A DNA stretch of 64,000 bases from Marsupella aquatica (taxonomy: Eukaryota > Plantae > Marchantiophyta). Below are positions 48,701 to 61,446 of the stretch, piece by piece (the stretch's first letter is position 1; every line of letters starts with the position of its first letter). Below the pieces are notes generated by a model that ran no database searches, was not told the origin of the DNA, and saw only the letters and a program-made list of their open reading frames with translations. The stretch covers positions 5,179,708 through 5,243,707 of the forward strand of contig OZ316891.1 in the NCBI GenBank assembly GCA_973895155.1. Direction: 5' to 3'. The translations under genes were made by a program, and so were the position numbers.

Positions 48701-51700
48701 TCAAGCGTACTTGAAGACAGTGGCATTCAGAAGGGAAATCAATGAAGTTCAAAAGGCTGCTGCTGGTGGAGGTATAGGAGGGGTTCCCGCTGCTCGAGTA
48801 GCATCTACCACTGATCGAGAATTTATATTTTCTAAGACGTTTGAAGGAGAAAAACCGTAAGTTATCGTACTTTTTCCGGTAAGAAAGCGGTACACTGGAT
48901 GACTGGCCAATTTTGATTTTTGTGGTTATCTCACAGTAATATTGGTCTGGTGATTACAGGGCACCAAGTGAGATCGAGGAGCAAAGGCGATTAGAACAGG
49001 CAATACCACCAACGGCCCCTCATTCTAAGCTTCCTGCATCATTAATGAAGCAATCATCTGCGCTGTTTTCCTCCATTACAGGTACTCAGGATAAAAGTGC
49101 CCCTGAGGAAGATGGGGTGGTTTCATTAGTTTCTACAGAGTTGAACAAAGACAATGACTTGAACTCAAATAGTGTGGTACACACCTACATTGATGAGAGG
49201 GGTCATGTCCGTGTCAACAGACGGCGGGGCATGGGGGTACGCATGACTCGAGATCTGCAGTGGAATCTCTACCTAATGAAGGACGTCCAGGCAAGAAAGG
49301 CGCAGGAGGAGAGCATTTCCGTGACTGCCGACCCACCCATTATACCTTCAGCAAGTATTACGGACACAACTTTGCCAACACCAAGTGCTTTACAAAGTAG
49401 CGCCTTCATAGAGACCGGATTAAAAATCTCATTTGTTGATGATGGGGTCTCAGAGTTAAGCAAGGATGAAGATGGGGATCTCTTTGAAGACCTGGTAATG
49501 GAAGAAGGCGACAGTAAAGAAGATCAGGCTTCAGTCATCCATGGTCCAATGTTCCCCCAGAGTACTTCGGGTCCGGTGAACTTTACTTCTGGAGTGACCT
49601 ATGGTGAGGATGTGGGGGATGAAGAGGTAGACTGGGAGGATGGTGGCGTTAATGAAGAAAGCAGGGATGGTAGCGTGGTGGAAGACAAAGATTTGGCTGA
49701 AGCAGTTAGACTCAGCCTTGTCGGTCAGCCTCCAGTGGCAACTCATACTGATGAAGTAAGTAATCAAATTCTTCTTGAGGACGGGCCAAGCAGTGACGAG
49801 AGTGAAGTGGAGTGGGAGGATGGCACTGGAGATGTGTCGGTAGTGAACTTGGATGGTGCTGTAACTGAGGATTTAACTGATGCAGCATTGGCGCCTTCTG
49901 AGGAAGCTGAATTTGAAGAGGCTATTCGTCGGAGTCTTGAGGACTTCCATCCACCTACAAAGCCATCTTCTCAGCTTGTAATCAAGGAGCGTGCTGACAG
50001 TAACCCAAAGAGGGAAACTCACGAACTGGAACTGGTTTCAAAAGATTCTCCCTCGGTGCGAGCTGAAGCGGAGTCTGAGGAGGTATATCTTGCCAGGGAG
50101 CGGACAAGAAAGGGTAAAGCAGTCCTTGAAGGGGAGAAGGAGGGGTCCCCCTCTACTACTGTGGTGAGAAGGCCTTACCGGATCATCTCAGAGCAAGACC
50201 AAATTGCAGCACTGACTCTAAGTGGAATGCCAGTGATTGAAGCAACTATGCCACCGCCGCCGGCAATACAAGCTGATAACCCTTCAAATGTACAAGAGAG
50301 AGAATCTGAAGGACAAATCGATTTCAGGTCGATATGTATTCCTGAATCAACAGGCAATGTTAGAGATGTCAAAACTGGTGCTCCAAGCAACCCCGAAAAC
50401 GATAATCTTGAAGAGGAACTAGAAGCTCCATCAGTGGAAGTTGATCAAAAAAATCCGGAAACTTTAAGGGTGCAAGTTCTGGAGATGACGCCAGTTTTTC
50501 TGCAACCGGATGGACTTTCGAAAGAGACAGATTGGGAGAATTTGGCAGGTAATCTACCCTCTGAGAAATTGCTGGAAGCTACTGAATCAGAATTTGCTCC
50601 TCCTGACACTTCAGGTAGGCAGGCATGTCTTCCTCTGGTTACAGATGGACCGGAAGCTAGCAAAGGCCCTCAACATCCATCAACACCTGGTGCCTATGCA
50701 GATTGTTATCAGGAAGAACCGTTAAGAGGGGCCGAAGAGATCAATGTTGCCGTAGAGCGGGATGAGCTCCAGAGCAGAGAAGAAACCCTTAGTGCAGAAA
50801 GAGAGAAATTGGCCAGAGAGGAAGCGGATCTCCAGGAGCTGCTCGAAATGGAGCAAGCAGACCTACAAGCAGGGCTGGACCGAGAAAGAGAGTTGCTTGC
50901 ACATGAGGAAATGGAACTCTTGGCCGCGCAAAAGAAGAACGAAAGAAATGCAGACTCTGTCACTGGAGAGATGTTTGCTGAGGTTCAGGTAAAGTTTCTT
51001 AATGCCTTTTATTATTTTTTGAAATTGAGTGGACATGGACTTCAGTAGTGTAGCTGTCAAACTTGCTATCTAACTTTATACATGTGAGTGATACCAGGAA
51101 CTTCTTCAAATGTTCGGACTCCCGTTTATCATAGCACCAATGGAAGCAGAGGCTCAATGTGCATACCTGGATACGATTCAGCTTATAGATGGCGTTGTCA
51201 CTGATGATTCAGATGTATTTCTATTTGGGGGAAGAACAGTTTATAAGAACCTTTTTGATGATCGTAAATACGTGGAAACTTACTACATGAAGGTTTGTCT
51301 CATGGCACTGTACTGTGGAGTCTGGTCGTCTCGTAATATACTCTAGTTGTATGGGGGCAAAATGCCAATTCATCCTGGAAATTCTATACTTTTGATCAAT
51401 TGCTTAGCAAATTTATGCTTCATCTGTTTCGCTAAAGCTAGCAGCGTTCAAGTATTCAAAGTCGTCATGTCGCGGTTCGCTCTTGGGTAGATTGTTAGAA
51501 AGTCCTTTTGCACGAGTTATCGGGGATTCATGATAGAAATCAATGTGGGACAGAAGCTCACCCGTGCCGGTGCAGGATCTGGAGTCAGAAATGGGCATGA
51601 GTAGGGAAAAACTGATCCGTATTGCAATGCTGCTCGGAAGTGATTACACGGAGGGAATTAGGTCAGTACTATCTGTTTTCATGAAGATTATAGCATTGTA

Positions 51701-54700
51701 TCATCCAAAAGTACTGAATACCATTTCCTTTGTGTAATGGGACCCTCCTTGGTAACTTATTAATGTGTTAGAGATGTTAATTGCTTGCAATGGCCATCGT
51801 CTATACAGAGTTTGTTCAATTGACCAAGTCAGTATTTATCCTATAAGTTTCATCGTTGTTGTCTAACTTGTGCAAGTCTAATTGGGGACTAGGGCAAGCT
51901 AATATCATCTGAAATGTGTCTTAACTTTAGATTTCCTGTGCTTGAAAGCTGAGGTTAATGTGATTTGATGTGCAAAATAGATTTTAACAACATAGCTCTC
52001 TCTCAATGCAGTGGGATTGGAATTGTCAATGCAATTGAGGTGGTGAATGCCTTTCCAGAAGAGGATGGTCTTCAAAAATTCAAGGAGTGGCTGGACTCGC
52101 CAGATCTTGCTCTCTTCCAAAAGGCTCAAGGACGATCTAAAGGAAAAGGCAATACCAGTGGAAGAGGAGAAAAAACATCGGTTGATAATGGTCTTGATGT
52201 GGATGGAGCAGGCGATTTAGATGAGAAAGATGATGGAAAGTTTTCTTTAGTGCAGAAAAGTTTTATGCACAAACACGTCAGTACCTCATTTTCCTACTTC
52301 GAAATTTTGGGTAGAGCAGGAAGAGTATTCTCTTTCCAACATATTAGAATGGATTGTAACCATATATGAGATATGCATGCAAAGAAATGCGGAAGTACGA
52401 TAAGAGTAATTACAAGTACACAGCTGGGGACCCTGGCGATGAATTATAATGAAGTAGCGAAATTGATCTGCATATATGTTCTCGGCTCCGTAGGTTGGTA
52501 GGTTGGCAGGCAGCCGAATTTGCTAACAGTAAACAGTTCGATTGAAATTGCTGGTAACTCATTAATGTATCACTTGACTTAAGTTTCGGGGGAGAATTTA
52601 TGAGCGTTGGGAATGCTGAGCTTAGTGCTTACGTGTAAATGATTTTCATTTGCAGAGGGGTGTGAGCAAGAACTGGATGGCACCTGAGTCATTTCCCAGT
52701 GAATCAGTGGTAAAAGCCTATGTCAGTCCCGTTGTTGATAAGTCAGCAGAAGCATTCACATGGGGCAGACCGGATCTTGAAGCTCTTCGGAGGTAAAAAG
52801 CATTCCTTGCCCGAGGTGCAATGCATGAGATAGAGCCTAGTGCAGAGAAATGGTACTTGGAACTTTCATGGTAGTTAGCATTGAAACAAGTTCCCTTGAG
52901 AAAAATTGATAGAGAATTGAGGCCTCTGAAAGATTTTTGTATGTCCAAAAGTCAAATAAACGAGAATTGTGATGATTTTTCCCAGGTTCTGTTATGAACG
53001 GTTCATTTGGAACAAGGAGAAAGCTGATGAGCTTCTCTTGCCAGTTTTGAAGGAGTTTGATCGTCGTGAGGTATGTTGACACTATGCTTTAGTCAGTCCA
53101 TGTTGCTACGGTTGAATACTGTTGCTGATTCTTTTCGCACATCGTTTGTTCCATTTGGTCGCTAGAGTCTCCTACGTGATGTGTAGTACATCGTCTCACG
53201 CACTTTTTCGGTTTGCATACAGACACAAACCCGACTGGAGTCTTTTTTTCACTTTAATCAACGATTTGCAAAGATCCGCAGTCGCAGAATCCAGAAAGCT
53301 GTCACAGGGATGACTGGAAAACGCTCTGCTGAATTGATGGATCTGCCACCTCACTTAGTCACAGATGCACCACCAAAAAAATCCCGACGGACAAAAGACC
53401 CCCTAAAGCCCAGTGATACGGCCCCTGAGAACAATGTCACAGAGAATGGAAACACGCAAGATGATATTGCCGCTTTTGGCACCCGTCCCAAAGGAGCTGG
53501 ACGAGGTGGTGGAAGAGGACGCCTTGGGAGGAAAGGTGGTAAGCAACAATCCGACGACCTGCACTCTGTTGAACCTTTTGCAGGCAATGTTGACAATGGG
53601 CTCGATGGCAAGGATGTAAGCATTAGGGGTGGTAGGAACAGATCAAGAGCAAGGGCCCAAGGGAGGGGTAGAGGCAGGGGCACGGGCAGGGCCAGAGGAA
53701 GAGGCAGAGGGATGGCTGGCAGTGATGAGGAGGCGAGCATTTCGGATTCCAGTGAGAGTGATAATGCCATGGAAGACGCCAGAGGAGGAGCTGAGGCTTT
53801 GAAAAGAAAGGCAGAGACAGTGCAACCTCGAAGGGTACGTGATTGTCTTCATATAAGTGTATTGTTCTTTACAGTCTGTTCGCACCATTTGTAATTCAAG
53901 ATGGCAGGTAATAATTGGAGAGACATTTCTTCAAAGGATTCGTTTGCTCGAGTTTCCCGAACACAACTCTTTCCATAGGCCTGTGTTGTCTAAGCGTTGC
54001 ATCCTATGTGAATGGGGAATGTTGGATACGAAATAGACAAGTAATAATTTAACACGCCAGGATTTGCCAAGATTTGATAGTGTTTTGGGAAGGAAGGGTT
54101 ACTAATCAGTACTTATTCTAATTTCCGGAGATTCTGATTCCTGTTTCATCTTTTTTTGCAGTCAACGAGGCAGCGTTCTCAAGTGCCCAATTATCAGGTG
54201 GACGACTCTGGTGAGGAAGCGGGTGGCACATGCTCTGATGGAGAAGAAATGTTTAAGGAAGTGGATTTACTTGTGGCTGAGGCCTTAAGAAACAAGCCAC
54301 AAAAGGCTCCACCTGGGATGGAATCTACTGAAATGGACATCACTGTGACCAGTTCTGATATGGCCACCGAAGGTGCAAGGTTGGAGAAGACTAGCGTCCT
54401 AACTGAATTTCCTGAGGCTTCAGAGATTGGTGAATTTGCGGCAGGGGGAGGGTTTTGTCCTGAGGACGACGAGCTTGGCCAAACGGGACAGGAGATGGGA
54501 GAATCTGCATATGCTTTTGGAGGCGGGTTTTGTGTATCTGACGATGAACTCAATGAACCTCTGGGTGGAGGGAACGGCACTCTCGTTGAAGACAATCCTC
54601 TGAGTCAGCAAAGTCCAAGGTTTGGAGGTGGGTTTTGCTTGTCAGATGAGGATGGCAATGAAATAAGCCAAAAGGAAACAGATTTTCCACAACAGCATAG

Positions 54701-54899
54701 AGATAAGAATAGTGATGACCATAGGCCTGAAAAGATTGATACAGAAACCAGTAAGGAGGTAGATCAGAGCGCTCTTATTCCAGATACTTCGGTCTCTGGA
54801 AATGGTATTCACGATGTTTGTCATAGTAGTGAGCCTGCAGAGTTTGGGCTCCGAGCAATGCCTTTGATGAGGAGGAAAAAGCGTAAAAAGAGTCCATAA
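45752..54899 (+). CDS. UVH3: XPG/RAD2 structure-specific endonuclease (nucleotide excision repair), 15 exons
   Basis: Exons 45752-45839, 46523-46773, 47327-47526, 47685-47802, 48035-48109, 48234-48287, 48672-48856, 48960-50988, 51098-51292, 51576-51661, 52012-52276, 52656-52792, 52986-53070, 53223-53834, 54162-54899. [14 protein letters not shown]...LAIDASIW...PVFVFDG; [14 protein letters not shown]...[10 protein letters not shown]; H3[16 protein letters not shown]; PIP box QTRLESFF; C-terminal NLS RRKKRKK. Confidence 0.95.
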
Positions 54900-55279
54900 C
54901 AGGTTTCAGTTCCTCATTATAGCCAAGTGTTTCATCTGTGACGAAGAATTTCAGCACAGAGAAATCTAGTTTGATCTCTCGGGGTCAATTCGGCCTTGGA
55001 GAAATGGGTACCCTGAAACAATTCTTTTGCCAAAATGCCCTGAACGATACAAAGTCAAAAATCACCAAGGGCATTAAGGATATAATAAAGTCATTTTATT
55101 TAGAGTACATTGTATGCCATTACCAAACACCCCCCGCCCCCCCCAACCAAATGAGAGTTTCAGTGTGGGAGGCTATCGGAACAGGAACTCTATGTATGCC
55201 CTTAACGATCGAAGAAAATTTCATTATTACTAAAAGGATGGTCACGGTAAGGAGGGGAGAGCATGAGGAAGAACTTTAT

Positions 55280-55790
55280 TGTAAATGATATCTTTCCACA
55301 AACATCATATTTTACACAATATAGTCCTTGTGCAATGACATCTTCTCTAGAACAAACATTTTAGTTAACTACATTTTTTACATAACATCGTATTTTTGCC
55401 AAGACATCTTCTCTACAACAAACATATTTTCGTCTACGACATTTTTTACATAACAACGTATTTTTGCCAAACAATATCGCTTTTGCGTTGACATCTTTCT
55501 TGCAACAACATATTTTTACAATGAAATCGTTTACACAACAACATAGTGGAACAACTTATTTCTTGGAAATGACATCATTTGCTCAACATCTTTTCTGTAA
55601 AGAACATCGTTAACATGATATCTTTATTGCATCATTTTTTGTGCAAACGATGCCTTTTGTGTAATGGCATATTTTTCTGCAAATTACATGTTTTCTGTAA
55701 TGGTATGTTCTATGCAACAACATCTTTTCCATATACAACATCTTTTATGCATTGTCATGTTTTGGGCAACATTTTTTGTGGAAAGCACAG
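55280..55790. repeat. AT-rich degenerate short-period repeat, probably a transposon remnant
   Basis: Recurring acatc(a/t)ttttt.caca/caacaaac units. Confidence 0.5.
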
Positions 55791-56795
55791 GGATTGAGCT
55801 AGTTGTAAATAATATATATGATTGTGTTTAATATACATAGCCCCAAATAGCCATCTAGGGAGTACAGGTTCTGGATTTTCCCTTCCCACTTAACTTCACT
55901 ATGTTCAGTCAAAACAATATGTTCCATGTACATGTATTTAGGGACAACTGAGTCAATACCACATGCGCTGGGTGTAGAGGCAAACAGTGCAGACATGCCG
56001 AACTTCCCTTGGCGGTCCCTTTGAACCCAACCAGAATGATGAAGCTGACTCCCTTGATGCCCAACCTGGGGTGGATGTCTTGCCAGTTGTGGAGGGAGTA
56101 AACAGGGAGGGTGTACTACCATTCCCTCATTTTCACTATCTAGCTGCCCCGCCACCATCGCAGCACTTATCATTGACAGGGCTTGGAAAGCAATGGATAA
56201 TGCCAGAGCAAGAAGGTGCATTCGGGATGGCATGTCTAAGATCGGAAAACTAGTTGGGATTAAAGGAAATTACTAATAAAAATGACGTGAAACACTCAAC
56301 TATCAGAAACAAAATTAGAATGATAGATACTGGACTAATTGGGTTAGGCAAAACGGCAAGTACACCTATTAAAGGGGAAGTAATCAAAATCAGATCCCCG
56401 TTTTCTCAATGTAATCAGCTGGAGGCTCCTCGCCATGAGCTCTTCATATGTCGGTAAGAAGTTCAACCCTGTGAACTATCTGTAGGTTGCTGGGGATTTA
56501 AGTGGCAATGACTTCGAGCCGAGGGGGATCTAGAATCTATGAATCGAGACTGATTGGATGTATCAATTCCAGGATAATACATCCGGTGTCTTTGTCAACC
56601 ATCGTGGCCCAGCTAGATTGTTTCATCAAAACCAAAGTCCCACTACCAAAGCCCCATGAACTTCACATCGGAATCGTACAGAAGTATCAGCTTGCACAAC
56701 GTTGGACATAATTTATTGTAAGACGATTCATATCCACACGAGTGATCATATATTCGCTAAAAATGATGCCAGGACATGGACAAGTACAACTTGGT

Positions 56796-59700
56796 CTACT
56801 CCTCAGGAGGGACAGCTGACTCATTTAGTATAGCCTCTAGTTTTTGCATCCTCCGGATAATTGGCTGTAGTTCAACAGTTCTCCCTTGCTCATTGAGTAA
56901 CATTGCTAAAAATTCTAGTGTCAAGATGATCTCAGGACAATCCGGACCCAGCTCCCGTTCCTGAATTTTCAGGACTTTTCGTAAATTTATTTCTGCATCG
57001 TCAGTCTTTCCTATGCCATGAAGTATGGCAGCCAGACAATTGTATGCTTGCCCTGCACAAGGAGAATTAGAATAGTCAGCTTCTCATCAACCAAGCTAGT
57101 CAGGTGTAGGAACAGGGTCTCAAACATCCTGAACTTGAAGGTGCGTACATTTATTTATCCAAATGTTTTCTAATGACCTGCATGTGGCATGCTATGAAAT
57201 GAATCTTTCTGCTCTTGCGTACAAACGTGAATCCTTTTCGAGAAGCCTGATAAATAGAAGGAACAGAAAGAATTGTTACCAGTGGTCGGGTGATTTTCTC
57301 CGTAATGACTTTCACGGATCGACACAGCTTCGCGAGCAAGTGGCTCCCCTTCAAAACCTCTACCAAGATGATGTAAGGCTGTCGCTAACATCTCCAAAGG
57401 GACTGAAACTTCACGTGCTCTAGGGCCAAAATGTATTGTCATCAACTTCAAACTCCGCCTAAAGAGAGGCTCGCACTTATCAAACTTCCCTGAATGTGCA
57501 TACGACGTTGCCGCATTATTAAGATGGGGTACTAACTGAATATCGTTTTTTCCCAAGACTTCCTCCTTAACGCGCAAGTTTTCTTCCCACAGCTCCTGAG
57601 CTTCGGTCTCCCTGTTCAGAGACAAATTTTAGGTCATCTGTTGCTCCAAGAAACTAGAAAACCAAATAAGACAGTACAACTTTGTTCGGTGTTACCTGTT
57701 CAGGTAATTTAGCATCTCAGCCAAATCTGTCCGAACGACTTCCACAACTGGATCATCCACAGAAAATTTGCTGCAGCCCTTCATAATCTCCAGTCCTTGG
57801 AAATACAAACGCACTGCTTCATCCACTTGACCTGATTTACAATCAAATTCACAAAGGACTTTATTCCCCGGGACGTATCATCAAAGCAACAAATTTCTTT
57901 TGCTATCGGTATCTACTTAACCATACAGCACCACAAATGTCAAAAACTGGTTTACTTTAACTAGAAAATAAGGACGACAGTACCTTGTGCAGTTTTAGCT
58001 CGAGCTAATGCACAAGTTGCAACACCCACTCTTCCATCTCTTGCTCCATATGCACTTTCGGTCACTCTCAGGGCCCTGAAGTAAACGGGTCAACATAAGT
58101 ATTCAACCATAGCCTCATAAGTAAAGTAGCTAGTACAGGCAGACGACACAAAATGAAATTGCTTCTACAGACCTTTGGAGAACACCTTCTGCCTCCTTTG
58201 CTCGTTCCTCCTCGAGAAGGGTGTGACCCAGATGTGTAAGGGGAATGACTAAAGATTCATCCTCCTGCCCTTTGATTCTCTCCATGAGGATCAGCACCTG
58301 TTGATATATTTCAATGCTTTTACTTCCTTCGTCATTATCAGAGTATGCTTTTGCTAGCCCCAACATTGTCCTGGTGATAAGCGGGTTGTCTTTACCTAAA
58401 ATTAGCGAGAATATGTAAGAACAACAGTAAAAACTTGAATTACACATTCAATCTTGCAACAATAGTGTGGCCTAACGGTGCAACTTGCCTCTACTCCTAA
58501 GACCATGTCCAATGTAGTTAGTTGTAGTGCACGGATAAATGGTGCTGCAGCACAACAAGATCAGACATCGCGGCCATTCAGCAACAATCTCAAGAGGTCC
58601 TGACCATATATGCTTTTCTGGATCTGAAGACTTTGAACAAATAGCGGAATAGCCTCCTCAGGTTTCTCAATCGCCGCATACATACACGCTACATGCTCCA
58701 ATACACTGTCTAGTAGCGGCTGAGGACTAGGAATATGCTCCAACAATTCTTTTGTCTGCATGAACCGCAAATTGAGATGTCAATAAATATTCACGAAATC
58801 ATGGAGAAATAAAGGAACGGATGGAAATATGTATGAGACTCGGCCACTAACCTAGTCAACTGGGAGAACGAGCAGACCTAACACAAATGAAGACACTTGC
58901 AGTGAAGAGACACAGAACCAAGACAATGTTGTACTGTTAGGTAATAAATATAAGAACTGTTTGTATAATAAATTGTATATCTATTCCCCTTCAAAAACAT
59001 GAATAAGTTGAAAACACTCGGACCACTGACAGGCTGACTGAGTTATATGCTTACTACCTGATGAGCCACAAATCATTTCAAAGCTATGGTGTTATTGGAA
59101 AAGCGTATCAAGTAAACAACGATGTGATCACAACATCACAAATGGTATGAGATACACAATTCAGACCAACCTTCTCTAGAAGCGCCTCAGCATCTTCATA
59201 GTCACCCATATTCATATAAAGTTGTGCAAGAACATCAAGCATTGCAGCTTGTTCCACTCCTTGCAAACCCATATCCAATTGCTCTAAAAGAGCCTCATAA
59301 TTGGCTTCTATGAGCACACGTGCAGTGTCGTCATCCCCCTCTTCTATCATTCTTTCCACCTCCTGGTACAACTCCTCCAACTGGCTTTCAAGGTCAGTAA
59401 GATTTTGGACGAACCTTTTCATTTCACCCACTGGAACTAAGGCCCTGAAAAATCGATATTTTTGTCGTAAGTTTGGGGTAAAATTCAGATTCAATACAAA
59501 TGATTCCAAAGGAAAATACATGAGACCAAACTCAAAAACCTCTTGCAATATAGATCGATCGGGCACAATATTAAAACGCTAGTGGCAAGAGATATATAAA
59601 AAGAAGGAGATAATGATTACTCTGATTGCCTTGAGCTCTTCCTTGACAACTCCCCGCTCTCTGTAACAGCGTCTTCAACATGATAGAGCGAATCATCTCT

Positions 59701-61446
59701 AATTTGTTCTAAAACCTCGAGGTCCTCCATCGAATCAGGTGTCTCCTCATCTGAGAAGTCCACAGAGCTCGCGGTAGGCGACTCTCCGTCCCTGAAAAAG
59801 CATTGAACAATTTCCATCAACCTTAAGGTATGCATTCTATTTGAGAGATAGGCTCAATACTCGGAAGGACAAAGGGGTACAAACCTCCCATTCAAAACTG
59901 TATGTTCTTTTCTTGGCATGAAAGCCACGCAACAACGACAAATTCAAAACATGACGACCAACCAGAGCGCGTTAAAGATGTTCAATTCAATGGGCACACT
60001 ATCAGAAACCGGCAGCAACTACAGAACAAACAGGCTGGGTTATCCCACTTCGTATTTTGCGCACAGCTTGATAGCTATTCATCCTCATTTGGCACCTCCA
60101 TTCGTTCTAAATAATTTTTGACGAAAATCAAATTCTTACTATAAGGCTCAAAAGTCAGGCTCTGGCCATGACACTGAGTGAAGTTTTATGTGCAGTTACT
60201 TCTTGACAAACAGCATAAAAGTGGTTCACTCCAATGCTGAGGCAGTGCAGTAGTTTTGCAGCCTACCCCATCTCTCTAATAATCTCCTCTGCCATTTTCC
60301 TATCACCCAAAGCAACTGCTGCAGCAAATCGGTTGAATTGGTCCTGGAGGACTTGGGCGGCTTTGTCTTCTGAAACATGACACCTGGAACCTCCAAGTTG
60401 CCCACTGTGCACTTCGACACCCCTGACATCCCTTTTATTGGAATTGTCTCTGAGAATCAATAGTGAACTTTAATCAGTAACTCTTCTTGATAAGGCTCCG
60501 AAAATGAAATAGTGACTGATTATCATTAACTCTACCCAACAGGTCTCGTAGGACAACATGAGGCAGAGATACCCTTCCATATTATAGGCATTTCCCAATG
60601 GACATGACAATTAAATTCTGTTCTTTCTTCATTCTTGATGATCATTCATTCGTTTGAAAGGAGCCTCCGTACACAGAAAAGGCCAAGGAGCCAGAATTAA
60701 AAGTTATATTTTGGGCAAACCAAAAATTGGACCAGACACCCGAATTGAACTCGCCTCACCATAGAATGCCAAAATGTCAAGAGAAGGAAACAAGAAGGTG
60801 CTCGTTACGGGGAAAGAAGAGAACGGGAGGGCATTCAGGGAGGAGGGACAGATGATTCATCTGCTTGCTTTACAGACAACAAGGCTCTTGCTCCATCCAG
60901 TGATGGTGACCCTACACTAACCCCAACTTCGTGGTAAAAGAAGGATTCCCATAAGTTAGAGGACTGCGGGGCTTCGCTGGTCATGAAAAGCCCGTAACAA
61001 AATACAGAGATTACGTACCGTAAGGAGTCATTCGTGGGAGGAGTTTCGCTGTTAGAAGAGGGCTCTTCGCCTTGCACTGGGCGTCGAGGAGTTGTAATAC
61101 GCGGCCGAGAAGGTCCCCGGTTCTCTCCGAACGACCTTGCCGCAATCATAACAGCTCCCACTGCACTCCTCCCAGCATTCCATCCTAATCCTGTCCCACC
61201 TGTAAGCCTGCTCACCTTCAAGTCCGAGCAAGTCCAATTCCCAGTCCTGCTTGCGCAAACTAACCGTCCTGCTTTCGGTCCTGCTCTATGCCTATGTTCT
61301 GGACAAAGTGAGGTCCGCAGCTGCATTTTCGCTCCACCTCCACCAGTTCTTGTCCACTCCATCCCTCCCACTTCCATTCTCATGCCCATGCACTTGCTAC
61401 TCAGAGCTCCAGCTCCCGAGCAAGAAGCTGCCTCCATAAACACCAT
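56796..61446 (-). CDS. Organelle-targeted TPR protein (kinesin-light-chain/nephrocystin-3-like TPRs), WTG1/At5g53080-like
   Basis: Exons 61446-61019, optional 60422-60267, 59791-59621, 59444-59171, 58755-58605, 58395-58173, 58075-57984, 57831-57696, 57611-57280, 57052-56796, all phase-compatible. Transit-peptide-like N-terminus and 42-aa-type TPRs (e.g. PLFRRSLKLMTIHFGP, ESHYGENHPTTG). LESQLEELYQEV...EANYEA...GVEQAAMLD recalls At5g53080. Confidence 0.82.

Noticed and set aside
53241-53252. Suspected frameshift in the T-run of UVH3 exon 14
   Set aside because: Counting from the acceptor at 53222 gives [23 protein letters not shown], in frame with ATG 53310.
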